Source: Acutalibacteraceae bacterium (GTDB lineage: Bacteria; Bacteroidota; Bacteroidia; Bacteroidales; Paludibacteraceae). Taken from it: a stretch of 64,000 bases of DNA. A program made the translations under genes and the position numbers. The notes under the pieces are model-generated. The model had not been told where the DNA came from. It did no database searches and saw only the letters and a program-made list of their open reading frames with translations. The DNA is taken from assembly GCA_963659365.1 (NCBI GenBank), contig CAVKTI010000004.1, positions 9,776 through 73,775 of the forward strand, read 5' to 3'. Of this stretch, positions 18,310-26,732 are shown in pieces. Within the stretch, counting starts at the first letter, position 1. The number at the start of each line of letters is the position of its first letter.

Positions 18310-18381
18310 GGCCCTGTAGTTCAATGGATAGAATACGAGTTTCCTAAACTTTAGATCCGGGTTCGATTCCCGGCGGGGCTA
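18310..18381 (+). tRNA. tRNA-Arg (anticodon CCT)
   Basis: Folded by hand. Acceptor stem is GGCCCTG/CGGGGCT and the D arm is GTTC...GAAT. The anticodon loop is TTCCTAA, with CCT at 18343-18345. The T arm is CCGGG-TTCGATT-CCCGG and the discriminator is A. No CCA is encoded. Confidence 0.85.
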
Positions 18382-18384
18382 CAA

Positions 18385-18678
18385 ATTCTAATTAAGAATG
18401 AAGAATTAATAATGAATAATACTAGTAGCAAGTAGCAAGATACAAGTAGCAAGAAAAGTTTGAAAGTATAAAAGTGCAAAAGTAGGGACGCACCGAGTGC
18501 GTCCGAACGCTTCAACGATTAAACGCTTCAACAATTCAACAAAAACATAGAAACAAAAATTGCGTCAGCAATTTTGAAAAACCAGAAACCAGAAACCAGA
18601 AATTACTTTCACACTTTCACACTTTCTTACTTTCACACTTTCACACTTTCATACTTTCACACTGTTATACTGTTCATC
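18385..18678. repeat. Composite intergenic repeat cluster
   Basis: Contains aatgaagaattaataatgaataat, (TAGCAAG)n, gtataaaagtgcaaaagtaGGGACGCACcgaGTGCGTCC, (ACGCTTCA)n, AAAATTGCgtcaGCAATTTT, (AACCAGA)3 and (TTTCACAC)n. Confidence 0.9.
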
Positions 18679-19209
18679 GTGAATCGCAAACTGAAGACAG
18701 AGGAGATTCGGCGGTTGTCGCCCGAGGAGTTTGCGGCGGCGGATAAATTGCCGCTCGTTGTTGTGCTCGACGATGTGCGCAGTCTGCACAATGTTGGGGC
18801 GGTTTTTCGCACGGCCGATGCCTACCGTGTCGAGGAGGTGCTGCTGTGTGGTATCACTGCCACGCCGCCCAATGCCGAGATTCACAAAACGGCTCTTGGG
18901 GCGGAATTTACCGTGGCGTGGCGGCATTTTGCCAACGCTCTCGATGCGGTGGTTGCGCTCAAAGCCGCTGGTTTCACGGTGTTTGCCGTGGAGCAAGCCG
19001 AAGGCAGCCGCTCTTTGGACACTTTTGAACCCGAGCGTGGCGGCAAATACGCCGTGGTGCTTGGCAACGAGGTGAAAGGCGTGCAGCAAGCCGTTATCGA
19101 TGCGTGCGATGGCTGTCTGGAACTGCCGCAATTTGGCACCAAACACTCGCTCAATGTGAGCGTAACCGCTGGCATTGTCATCTGGGAAATTGCCAAAAAG
19201 ATTAGGTAG
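18679..19209 (+). CDS. TrmH/SpoU-family RNA 2'-O-methyltransferase
   Basis: 176 aa counted from a GTG (VNRKLKTEE...). SpoU motifs are LDDVRSLHNVGAVFRTADA, VLGNEVKGV and SLNVSVTAGIVIWE. The ORF-track start at 18574 would translate the (TTTCACAC)n repeat DNA, so the start is uncertain. Confidence 0.8.
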   Translation: MNRKLKTEEIRRLSPEEFAAADKLPLVVVLDDVRSLHNVGAVFRTADAYRVEEVLLCGITATPPNAEIHKTALGAEFTVAWRHFANALDAVVALKAAGFTVFAVEQAEGSRSLDTFEPERGGKYAVVLGNEVKGVQQAVIDACDGCLELPQFGTKHSLNVSVTAGIVIWEIAKKIR

Positions 19210-19549
19210 ACCCCCTCTAATCCCCCAAGAGGGAAGATTGCTGCGCGGAAACGCAGCAATTTCAAATTTCAAATTATTAGTCGCAAGATATGAGTAGCAA
19301 GAATAGATTTTAAGAACATAGAGCATAGAACATAGACTTTTTAATTACCCAATTATCTAATTTCCAATTATTTAATTAAAAGTGCTGTGGCGTTTGGGAA
19401 CGCAAAAATTCATAATTCTTAATTCATAATTCTTAATTAAACAAAAGGCGTTTCCCCCTTCGGGGAAAGGGGACTACGACCAAAATAACAGTAGAGCCGC
19501 CACACTGTGACGGCTCTACATTGTCAATTATCAATTGTCCATTATCAAT
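19210..19549. repeat. Composite intergenic repeat cluster
   Basis: Contains hairpin TTGCTGCGcggaaaCGCAGCAA followed by (ATTTCAA)2, (TAGCAAG), attttaagaacatagagcatagaacatagac, the AT-rich block, (AATTCATAATTCTT)2, the small hairpin tttcccccttcggggaaa, AGAGCCGCCACACTGTGACGGCTCT and (TGTCAAT)n. Confidence 0.9.
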
Positions 19550-20245
19550 TTATTTGAGCACAGGGCGAACAGATAGTCCACAGTAGCGGCTGTCGCTGTC
19601 CCTGTACACATCGACCGAGAGGAAGAGCGCGTGCCACACGCTGCTCGGGTCGCTCGTGTTGAGCGAACTCGACCAGTAGAAGCCGTAGTAGCCTGCGCTG
19701 CCCAGGTCTGCGCCGACGTAGTAGCGAAAGCCCGCCGCAGGGAGAAAAATGGTGTTGCCGTTCTTACCTGTTACCCAATAACCTGCTACACCAGTGGTTT
19801 GGTAACTATCGGTCCAAATCCATTCGCAGTTCTCGCGTAGTTCTGTCCACTCACCATCGGTGGGCATACGCCAAGCACTACCCCAGTTAGTGGTAGCAGC
19901 ATCATCGGAGGCTTCAAGCGTGGTTTTACCGTCTGTGGCGTTGTATTTGGTCAATTTGCTGTAATCGTCATCATAATTGTAAGTGCCATATTTGTAGGTA
20001 TCCCACGAGTAGTCGCTTTTTGTGGTGGTTTCGCCCCAAGCGTAGTAGTTGCCGTACTCTTCGGGTTTGGTTGCGCCAACATTGCAGGTTGCCCATTTCA
20101 CACTCAACCCTAAATCGACATAACCATAACCATTCTCATAGCCAGTGGCGGCTTCATTCGAACCGTCTTTTGGGTCGTTGTTTTCGCAGGCGGCAAATAC
20201 CGCTGCAGCGCAGCAAAGTGCTGCAAAAAATTTAAGTTTTTTCAT
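19550..20245 (-). CDS. FISUMP-domain lipoprotein (Fibrobacter succinogenes major paralogous domain, TIGR02145-like)
   Basis: 231 aa with lipobox VFAA-C. Hallmark motifs are VDLGLSVKWATCNVGA, YGNYYAWGE, WRMPT..EW, FLPAAG and YWSSS. Confidence 0.8.
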   Translation of the reverse strand: MKKLKFFAALCCAAAVFAACENNDPKDGSNEAATGYENGYGYVDLGLSVKWATCNVGATKPEEYGNYYAWGETTTKSDYSWDTYKYGTYNYDDDYSKLTKYNATDGKTTLEASDDAATTNWGSAWRMPTDGEWTELRENCEWIWTDSYQTTGVAGYWVTGKNGNTIFLPAAGFRYYVGADLGSAGYYGFYWSSSLNTSDPSSVWHALFLSVDVYRDSDSRYCGLSVRPVLK

Positions 20246-20393
20246 GATTAAATGAAATTAAAAAGTGAATAAATAAAAAATTGGTTGTTGTTTTATCTTT
20301 CCGTCGTGCTGGATTTGTAATCCTGCACTCACTGTATTATAGGGGTTTGTAATTTGTTTGTCGAAAAATTATAAAACAATCAGCGCAGATACA

Positions 20394-22043
20394 CTACTTT
20401 TTCTTCAGCGTCCAATTTTGCCAAGTAGTACCAAGCGACGACGACGAGATGACGCATGGTGTTTGCTGTTTGGAATTTTCGACAACCGATTTTTTGCTGA
20501 CATTCGTTCTGATGTATTCACCAAGTTCTTTGAGCGTAACATTTCCACTCGTAGCCTGCAAATTTTTTAGCAAAAAGTAGGTAAACATACCATGCTGCTG
20601 CTCTTCGTAAGGGTAAGCGGTTTGGTCGCCAGTAGCCGCTGAGAATACAACCATATTGCCCTGCGGTACGCCAGTTTTTGCCTTAAGAGCCACGCCGCGT
20701 GCCGATGCCAGCATACCATCACCGCGTTTGCTGCCCGAAAAACAGGCATCGAGAAAGACGGTTACACTTGTAGCATTGGTTTGACCCAGCGTTGCATACA
20801 AATCGTCGAGTTTGTAACCAGTAGTAACATCGGAGCCAATGCCATCGACAGGCAAAAGATAGGCAGTACGGCTACTTTCGTCGGGAATGCCATGACCTGC
20901 GTAGTAGAAAATGATTTGTGGGTCGTCGAATGTTTCAGAAACATTTTGAATCCATGCAATCGCTGTTTTTACCTGATTCCCAGTGGCATTCTGGACAAAT
21001 TTGATGTGTTTGGCAGGAATGCCAAGCGTTTTTTCGCAATACTGTTTGAATATCTGCCCATCGTTCGAAGCATACGGCACAGAGGCTACCGACGAGTAGT
21101 TTTCGTTGGCAATAATCACCGCAAAAGCGTTGTTGTTTTTCTTTGCTGCCATTGGAATGTTTACATCAACATCGGATGTGAGGCTAACTTTCGTTATTTT
21201 GACATCATCGTTCCCCCCAGCAACTGTTACGACTGGTCCTCCTACCGCTTGGCCAAAGCGAAGCGGGATTTTTTCGCTTTTTGCAAAACCTTTGGCCTCG
21301 CTTAAATCTATGCCAATCTCCATATTTTCGGCGGCGTTGTTATTCGCTATCAATTCATAGTCAAACTCTTGCTTTTCGCCTGCCAGCAATTTTGGAATAG
21401 TAACGAACTCGTTGGTACTCAAAAGATTAAGATTCTGCGGAAGTACCAAACGCACTTTCACATTTTCGGCCTTTCCTTGAGCAAGATTTTGGACTACCAC
21501 ATGAAGATGAAATGTTTCGCGGCGTTTCAACACTCCCGAATTATTACTCCCAATTTTATGATCCGCCACCTGCACATCAGGCGTTTTTAACTCGTGCGTT
21601 TGGATATTCATTGTCACCTTTTGAGTGCCAAAACCATGCGGTTCTTCTACCTCCACAGCAATAGCCACTGCGCCACGAACTGTATTTTCGTTTGCTTTGA
21701 TTGGCATCTCTACATGCGTCTTACCGCCAGCAGGAATGAGAGGCAGTACAACATCGGGAATGGTTATGCCTGACGAATTGCCTGCAATAGAGGCACGCGC
21801 CACACAGTTGCGACCTTCGCCTTCGCCCGTGTTCACAACATCGAAAACGATTTTGCACTCCTCATTGGCATCGATTACGCCATTGTTGTCCTCGTCCACA
21901 AATTGTGGTGTGCTAACAACACTAAGTACTGGTGGAATCACCTTTTTGCGAATAACAAAATCCATTGGTTGGCTCACATTCGATTGTGCCAACATGCCTC
22001 CCGCCACCAAGAGCGAGAGCGTGAGTAATTGTAGTTTTTTCAT
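20394..22043 (-). CDS. Secreted caspase-like peptidase (MEROPS C14) with N-terminal beta-sandwich (CARDB-like) domains
   Basis: 549 aa counted from MKKLQLLTLSLLVAGGMLAQS (signal peptide). The caspase dyad context is IIFYYAGHG (His) and VFLDACFSG (Cys). The ORF-track start at 22172 overlaps the upstream gene. Confidence 0.8.
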   Translation of the reverse strand: MKKLQLLTLSLLVAGGMLAQSNVSQPMDFVIRKKVIPPVLSVVSTPQFVDEDNNGVIDANEECKIVFDVVNTGEGEGRNCVARASIAGNSSGITIPDVVLPLIPAGGKTHVEMPIKANENTVRGAVAIAVEVEEPHGFGTQKVTMNIQTHELKTPDVQVADHKIGSNNSGVLKRRETFHLHVVVQNLAQGKAENVKVRLVLPQNLNLLSTNEFVTIPKLLAGEKQEFDYELIANNNAAENMEIGIDLSEAKGFAKSEKIPLRFGQAVGGPVVTVAGGNDDVKITKVSLTSDVDVNIPMAAKKNNNAFAVIIANENYSSVASVPYASNDGQIFKQYCEKTLGIPAKHIKFVQNATGNQVKTAIAWIQNVSETFDDPQIIFYYAGHGIPDESSRTAYLLPVDGIGSDVTTGYKLDDLYATLGQTNATSVTVFLDACFSGSKRGDGMLASARGVALKAKTGVPQGNMVVFSAATGDQTAYPYEEQQHGMFTYFLLKNLQATSGNVTLKELGEYIRTNVSKKSVVENSKQQTPCVISSSSLGTTWQNWTLKKK

Positions 22044-22056
22044 AATATGACAAGTT

Positions 22057-22896
22057 TTATTTTTTGTTATAGATAGGACGGATAGAACGGCCGCAACAAC
22101 GAACGAGACAAGCATCGATACAATTTGCGCGATCTGGATTTTTCTCAGAAATCGAGTTTTCCCAAATATCAAAATGATAACAACACAAAAAAATATTATC
22201 TGTTTTTATCCCAGAGAAAGGGAAAAAAATTGAGTTCCCATTCTTCCGACTTACAAATAGAGATCCATGCACACCAACGCTATCCATCTCTGTTTTTTTA
22301 CAATAAAGCTTCAATTCTTTCCATTGTTCAACTGAAGGCATACACCAATTTTGCCCCCAATTAGCAGTTGCTGCATCGTCTATAGATTCGATAACGAACT
22401 TTTTATCAATGCTGTTGTATTTTGTCAAATTATATCTAGTCCCCCATTTATAATTTTCCCAGCTAAAGACTTCCTTACTTTCAACTTCGCCCCACGCAAA
22501 GTAAGCGCCAAACTCTTCTGGCGAGTTTGCTCCCACATTGCAAGTTGCCCAAAGCGTACCACTGGGTAAGCCAAGGTCTACAAAAGCGTGCGGTGCTTCC
22601 ACTTTGAAAACCACATTGTCGGCGAGAAACTCATCGCTTTCGGCAAGCGGCGACCAAGTAATGGTGCGATTTTCGCCCTTTGCTACGCAGCCCACATCGC
22701 CTTGCGCAGAGTGCAGCTCTACAAATGGTTGCCCACCTACCGACATATAGGCACGCACTTCGGCTGACTCACCAAGGTCGTAGGTTATTACAACATCTTC
22801 GCCACTCTGTCCCACCCGCACATTAGTTACTTGGGCGAAAAGGGAGATGGGAAGGAGGAAAAGGGAAGATAAATGTGCAAATAATCTTGTGTACAT
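22057..22896 (-). CDS. Secreted protein with an N-terminal beta-sandwich-like domain and a FISUMP-type C-terminal domain
   Basis: 279 aa with a signal peptide. The N-terminus VTNVRVGQSGEDVVITYDL is shared with the 26733-27650 product. FISUMP motifs are VDLGLPSGTLWATCNVGA and YFAWGE. The 3' third is markedly AT-rich. Confidence 0.7.
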   Translation of the reverse strand: MYTRLFAHLSSLFLLPISLFAQVTNVRVGQSGEDVVITYDLGESAEVRAYMSVGGQPFVELHSAQGDVGCVAKGENRTITWSPLAESDEFLADNVVFKVEAPHAFVDLGLPSGTLWATCNVGANSPEEFGAYFAWGEVESKEVFSWENYKWGTRYNLTKYNSIDKKFVIESIDDAATANWGQNWCMPSVEQWKELKLYCKKTEMDSVGVHGSLFVSRKNGNSIFFPFSGIKTDNIFLCCYHFDIWENSISEKNPDRANCIDACLVRCCGRSIRPIYNKK

Positions 22897-22918
22897 AAAA
22901 CTGTGTGTTAGAGTGTTA

Positions 22919-23740
22919 TTAGACTAACTGAGTCTGAATTCCGATATTGGCATAAAGTTTACTTTTCGTCACTTTGCCTTCGTATCCATTAGCAAAAATC
23001 TCATCTTGTTTTATTTTTACCAATCTATCAGGTAACCATGGATCTAGGACTACTTCGTCAAATGCAAAATTGGGGTCAAGCCTATAGTTATATGTATTTT
23101 CATGATTGTTATAATCCAGGCCCTTGTAATAGAGCAAACGAACCTCTTGCTCATATCCAAATTCAACTCTTTTTGTAAGCAGTAATTGTGCTTGACAAAT
23201 ATTTTGCTTATCACTTGCTAAAGGTTGAGACTGTTCCAATAAATCAACTATTACGCCATCTAAAACATATTCAACTTTACCAATGAAGCATTGCCATTCT
23301 TTCATGGATTGCATGTTATACAATGGTTTAAAAATTTTTCTCACAGTTGATTTTACCCTAACGACCCTTTTATTGCCATTATCTGAATATACCCGCCAAA
23401 GTCCATCACACTCTTGTTCTTTAATGGTCCAAGACTGTCCATACCAACTATCCCTAACGCACGACATATCTACATATTCTCCATTTCTCGTCTTAAAGGT
23501 GTGATTTAGCAATATATTTTCGAAAGGATCTTCCCACATCATAGGTCTAACCAAAGTGTTTTGTTTTGCTTTAATCAGATCAATAAATCTATTGTACTCA
23601 AATATACGAAAAATGGGAGTGTCTAACGACAAATTAAGCGCGTTAGCATCTAGTTTCATTTCGTTGGCTTTAAGTGTATCTGGTTCATTGTCAGAATGGT
23701 TCAATAGTTCCACTCTTTTTTCTCTAGAATAATCTACCAT
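22919..23740 (-). CDS. DUF2971-family protein (no signal peptide)
   Basis: 273 aa. DUF2971-like landmarks are LVRPMMWEDPFE, LWRVYS, VEYV and the late YEQEVRLL. The gene is AT-rich. Confidence 0.7.
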   Translation of the reverse strand: MVDYSREKRVELLNHSDNEPDTLKANEMKLDANALNLSLDTPIFRIFEYNRFIDLIKAKQNTLVRPMMWEDPFENILLNHTFKTRNGEYVDMSCVRDSWYGQSWTIKEQECDGLWRVYSDNGNKRVVRVKSTVRKIFKPLYNMQSMKEWQCFIGKVEYVLDGVIVDLLEQSQPLASDKQNICQAQLLLTKRVEFGYEQEVRLLYYKGLDYNNHENTYNYRLDPNFAFDEVVLDPWLPDRLVKIKQDEIFANGYEGKVTKSKLYANIGIQTQLV

Positions 23741-23771
23741 ACTTCAAAAAATATATTTTCATGGTTGTGTT

Positions 23772-24560
23772 TTATTTAGGTGTGTCGTTGATATCGGAAA
23801 TTTTTATTTCAAAACGATTCGAATTTAATACTGGTTGAGCAATTTTAGGTTTCAAATTTAGTTTTTGCGCAATATGTTCCAAAATAATTTTGTTACCGTC
23901 AGAGATTTGGCTTCCCATTATTATGCTTTTAAGTGCGCCATGTTTCCATGGGATTTTATAGCCTTTCCCTCCATCTAAATCACTATGAGTTAATAGGTAA
24001 ACATTTCCAAGGATAAGTCTTTTTTCTTCTTCGACCTCCCATGTCTCTTTTTGCTTTACTCGTAATAAATAAGAGAATAGTTTTTCCACACCCTTTTCAT
24101 CATGTAATAATCCTAAAATAGGTTCTGATCTTTCTCCTGACTCCTTTCGTTCAGTAACGATGCGTGTATTTTCATCATCAAAATCAGGATATTTATCCAC
24201 ATATTCGACATCGTACAATTTACTAGAAACACCACTTGAGACCAGATCAACTAAATTTTTAGAATCAAATTCAAGACACCAACCACGAAAAGAATCAGCA
24301 TAAAAAGACCAAAAATGTTTATTACAATTACTTTGAGTAAAACTACATAAAGCAAATCTTTTCACTATACTAGAATATCCATCTATATCATATCTTTTTT
24401 GTTCCAATTTAACCTTTAATTTAGGGAAAGAGTCCAAAACTTTGGCATTAAAATCGTACGGATCATTCAAAAATTCGCTTTTCGAAAACCAAAAATACTC
24501 ATGTACGAGAGCATCTATATTGTTTTCATTCGGTGCATAAAATTTGAAAACACTTGCCAT
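23772..24560 (-). CDS. DUF2971-family protein (no signal peptide)
   Basis: 262 aa. Landmarks are FKFYAP, FWFSKSEFLNDPYDF, ALCSFT...HFWSFYADSFRGWCLEF, VEYV and WEVEEEKRLI. The gene is AT-rich. Confidence 0.7.
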   Translation of the reverse strand: MASVFKFYAPNENNIDALVHEYFWFSKSEFLNDPYDFNAKVLDSFPKLKVKLEQKRYDIDGYSSIVKRFALCSFTQSNCNKHFWSFYADSFRGWCLEFDSKNLVDLVSSGVSSKLYDVEYVDKYPDFDDENTRIVTERKESGERSEPILGLLHDEKGVEKLFSYLLRVKQKETWEVEEEKRLILGNVYLLTHSDLDGGKGYKIPWKHGALKSIIMGSQISDGNKIILEHIAQKLNLKPKIAQPVLNSNRFEIKISDINDTPK

Positions 24561-24589
24561 AAATTCAGTTTTTAACTAATCAAACAACA

Positions 24590-26719
24590 TTACTCATGAA
24601 TTGCCCTGACTGAACACCCAGCGTGGCGGCGGCAGTCGAGGCGGCTGTTCATACCGTCCGAGCCGAAGTATGCGATATATGCGTTGAGCTGGCCGTCTGC
24701 ACCGAGCGAACTCGACCAGTAGTGGCCGTAGAAGCCTGCGAGGTTCAGGTCGTCGTAGGCGCGACAGCCCGCCGCAGGGAGAAAAATGGAGTTGTCGTTG
24801 GTTTTGCTCGCGACAATAAAACCTGCAACGCCTGTGCCGTTACAGTTGTCTATCCATGTCCATGCGCAGTTCCTGTACAGTTCTGTCCACTCTGCAGCGG
24901 TAGGCATACGCCACTTGCCGCCCCAGTTTACGGCTGCAGCATCGTCCTCGGCTTCGAGCGTAGTTTTTTCATCTGTTTCATTGTATTTGATATAATTGCC
25001 TGATGTGCCATACTGGTAAGTACTCCACGAATAACTGGCTTTTGTAACTGTTTCGCCCCAAGCGTAGTAGTTGCCGTACTCTTCTGGCGCATTCGCACCG
25101 AGATTGCAAGTGGCCCATTTCACGCTCAGACCAAGATCTACCCAAGCATGGCCAGTTGTTTCAAACATTACAGTTTCGCCATACGCAGTGCCTTTGGCAT
25201 TAGTAGCGTAGGCGCGCACATAGTAGGTCGTAGCCTCGCTCAAGCCTGTGAGCGTACAACTAAATTTGTCCATATTATCGGCAGCAACAACCTCGTCGTT
25301 TATCGTAGGGTTGGCAGATGTGCTGTAGCAAATGCCGCATGCAAGAATTTCAGAATTACCATCATTCGTTATTTGTCCGCTACAAACGGCAGACGATGAT
25401 GTAATGTCAGTTGGCTCTAGCGTAACTACTGTAGGTGTCCTGATAGACACGGTTGTAAAACTCCTTTTTTCGCCGTATCCAGTTCCTTTGGCATTAGTAG
25501 CATAGGCACACACACAGTAGGTCGTACCATCTTGCAATTCGGTAAGTTTGCAATCAAATACAGAATCCTCTCCGTTATATGATATTTTTTTGCCATCAAT
25601 GATTGGCTCGGTACTTGTGCTATAGCAAATGCCACATTCGGTAATTTCAGAATTGCCATTGCTAATAATTTTGCCGCCACATACGGCCGAAGAGACGGTT
25701 ATATCGGTTACCGTAGTGGTTGTTACAGTAGGGGCAGTGGTACTCTTTGTCGTAAATCTATAATCGTCGCCATACGCCACACCTTTGGTATTTACAGCGT
25801 AAGCGCGCACATGGTAGGTTGTGCCTTCGTTCAAGCCTGTAAGCGTACCCGAAAACTCGCCGGCATTGTCTTGTTTACAAACAAGAGTTTTGTCGTCGAT
25901 AGTGGGGTCTGCAGTCTTGCTATAGCAGATACCACATTCGGTAATTTCAGAATTGCCATTGCTGGTTATTTTGCCGCCACACATGGCCGAAGAGACAGTT
26001 ATGTCAGTTACATCGCTGGTTACAACCGTTGGTTTTGTTATACGAAGCGTGCTAAACTTTATGTTTTCGCCATATGCTATACCAATGGTATTTACGGCAT
26101 AGGCGCGCATGTAGTAGGTCGCGCCATCTTCTAAACCTGTTACCGTGCCGCTGAAATGGTTGTTCTTTTTATCGCAAACTGTATGACTGCCTTCGATGGT
26201 TGGATTTGCAGATTTGCTGTAACAAAAGCCGAATTTCGGCAACGAATCGCAGCCCCAATCTATCAAAGAGCCATAACCAACGAACGAACTAGCAGTAATG
26301 CCACCAACCGAGTCGGTTGTAACCTTGGGCAGCGTGTAGGCAAGTGTATGCAGTGTGTCGATCTGTGGCAACAGCACAGAACTGTACGAATTTGCTACTT
26401 TGTAGCGCACATAGTAGGTCGCGCCCTGTTGCAGTGGCGTAATAACAGCGGTGTAACTTTTGTCTTTGCCCACACTCAATGCCAGCGTTTTGTAGTCGGC
26501 AAACGAAGAATCGTTGGTGTAGTGTAGTTCGGCAGAGGTTATAGTAGCGTTGCTAACGAAAGAACCTCGTTGCAGCACATTGCGGTAACTTGGCGTTACC
26601 TTGGTTATGTCAACTTTCACCGTAGATATTGGTACCTCTTTGTCTTTCTCGCAAGTAGAAAAAATCAGTGCCACGCCAACGACAAATAGGAGGGTGTGTA
26701 TTTTTCTTATAGATTTCAT
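24590..26719 (-). CDS. Large lipoprotein with tandem Ig/FN3-like repeats and a C-terminal FISUMP domain
   Basis: 709 aa with lipobox IFST-C. It has four clear ~95-aa repeats plus one degenerate repeat. The C-terminal motifs are WVDLGLSVKWATCNLGA, YGNYYAWGE, FLPAAG and YWSSS. Confidence 0.85.
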   Translation of the reverse strand: MKSIRKIHTLLFVVGVALIFSTCEKDKEVPISTVKVDITKVTPSYRNVLQRGSFVSNATITSAELHYTNDSSFADYKTLALSVGKDKSYTAVITPLQQGATYYVRYKVANSYSSVLLPQIDTLHTLAYTLPKVTTDSVGGITASSFVGYGSLIDWGCDSLPKFGFCYSKSANPTIEGSHTVCDKKNNHFSGTVTGLEDGATYYMRAYAVNTIGIAYGENIKFSTLRITKPTVVTSDVTDITVSSAMCGGKITSNGNSEITECGICYSKTADPTIDDKTLVCKQDNAGEFSGTLTGLNEGTTYHVRAYAVNTKGVAYGDDYRFTTKSTTAPTVTTTTVTDITVSSAVCGGKIISNGNSEITECGICYSTSTEPIIDGKKISYNGEDSVFDCKLTELQDGTTYCVCAYATNAKGTGYGEKRSFTTVSIRTPTVVTLEPTDITSSSAVCSGQITNDGNSEILACGICYSTSANPTINDEVVAADNMDKFSCTLTGLSEATTYYVRAYATNAKGTAYGETVMFETTGHAWVDLGLSVKWATCNLGANAPEEYGNYYAWGETVTKASYSWSTYQYGTSGNYIKYNETDEKTTLEAEDDAAAVNWGGKWRMPTAAEWTELYRNCAWTWIDNCNGTGVAGFIVASKTNDNSIFLPAAGCRAYDDLNLAGFYGHYWSSSLGADGQLNAYIAYFGSDGMNSRLDCRRHAGCSVRAIHE
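25160..26332 (-). repeat. Intragenic tandem domain repeats (about 95 aa x 4)
   Basis: The repeating unit is PTV.T..VTDIT.SSA.CGG.I.SNGNSEI.ECGICYS....P.I.........F...LTGL..GTTY.VRAYA.N.KG.AYG....F.T. Confidence 0.8.
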
Positions 26720-26732
26720 GGTTGCTGCCTAT

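Noticed and set aside
18382-18384. Encoded CCA end for the tRNA-Arg.
   Set aside because: The sequence after discriminator A18381 is caa, not cca. The 3' CCA is presumably added post-transcriptionally, so the tRNA end is set at 18381.
20394-22172. N-terminal extensions offered by the ORF track: caspase gene to 22172, response regulator from 11527, gpsA from 37602, trmH-like from 18574, kinase-like from 13887, DUF3078 to 35151, PCMD to 8240, and the small ORF from 43878.
   Set aside because: The extensions overlap the neighbouring gene, run through repeat modules or contain the candidate promoter box. The internal starts give canonical N-termini (signal peptides, Rossmann or ASKHA motifs).
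22057-24590. Calling the AT-rich DUF2971 islet a defined mobile element.
   Set aside because: No integrase, transposase, flanking direct repeats or tRNA target were visible in the sequence. It is reported only as a compositional insertion.
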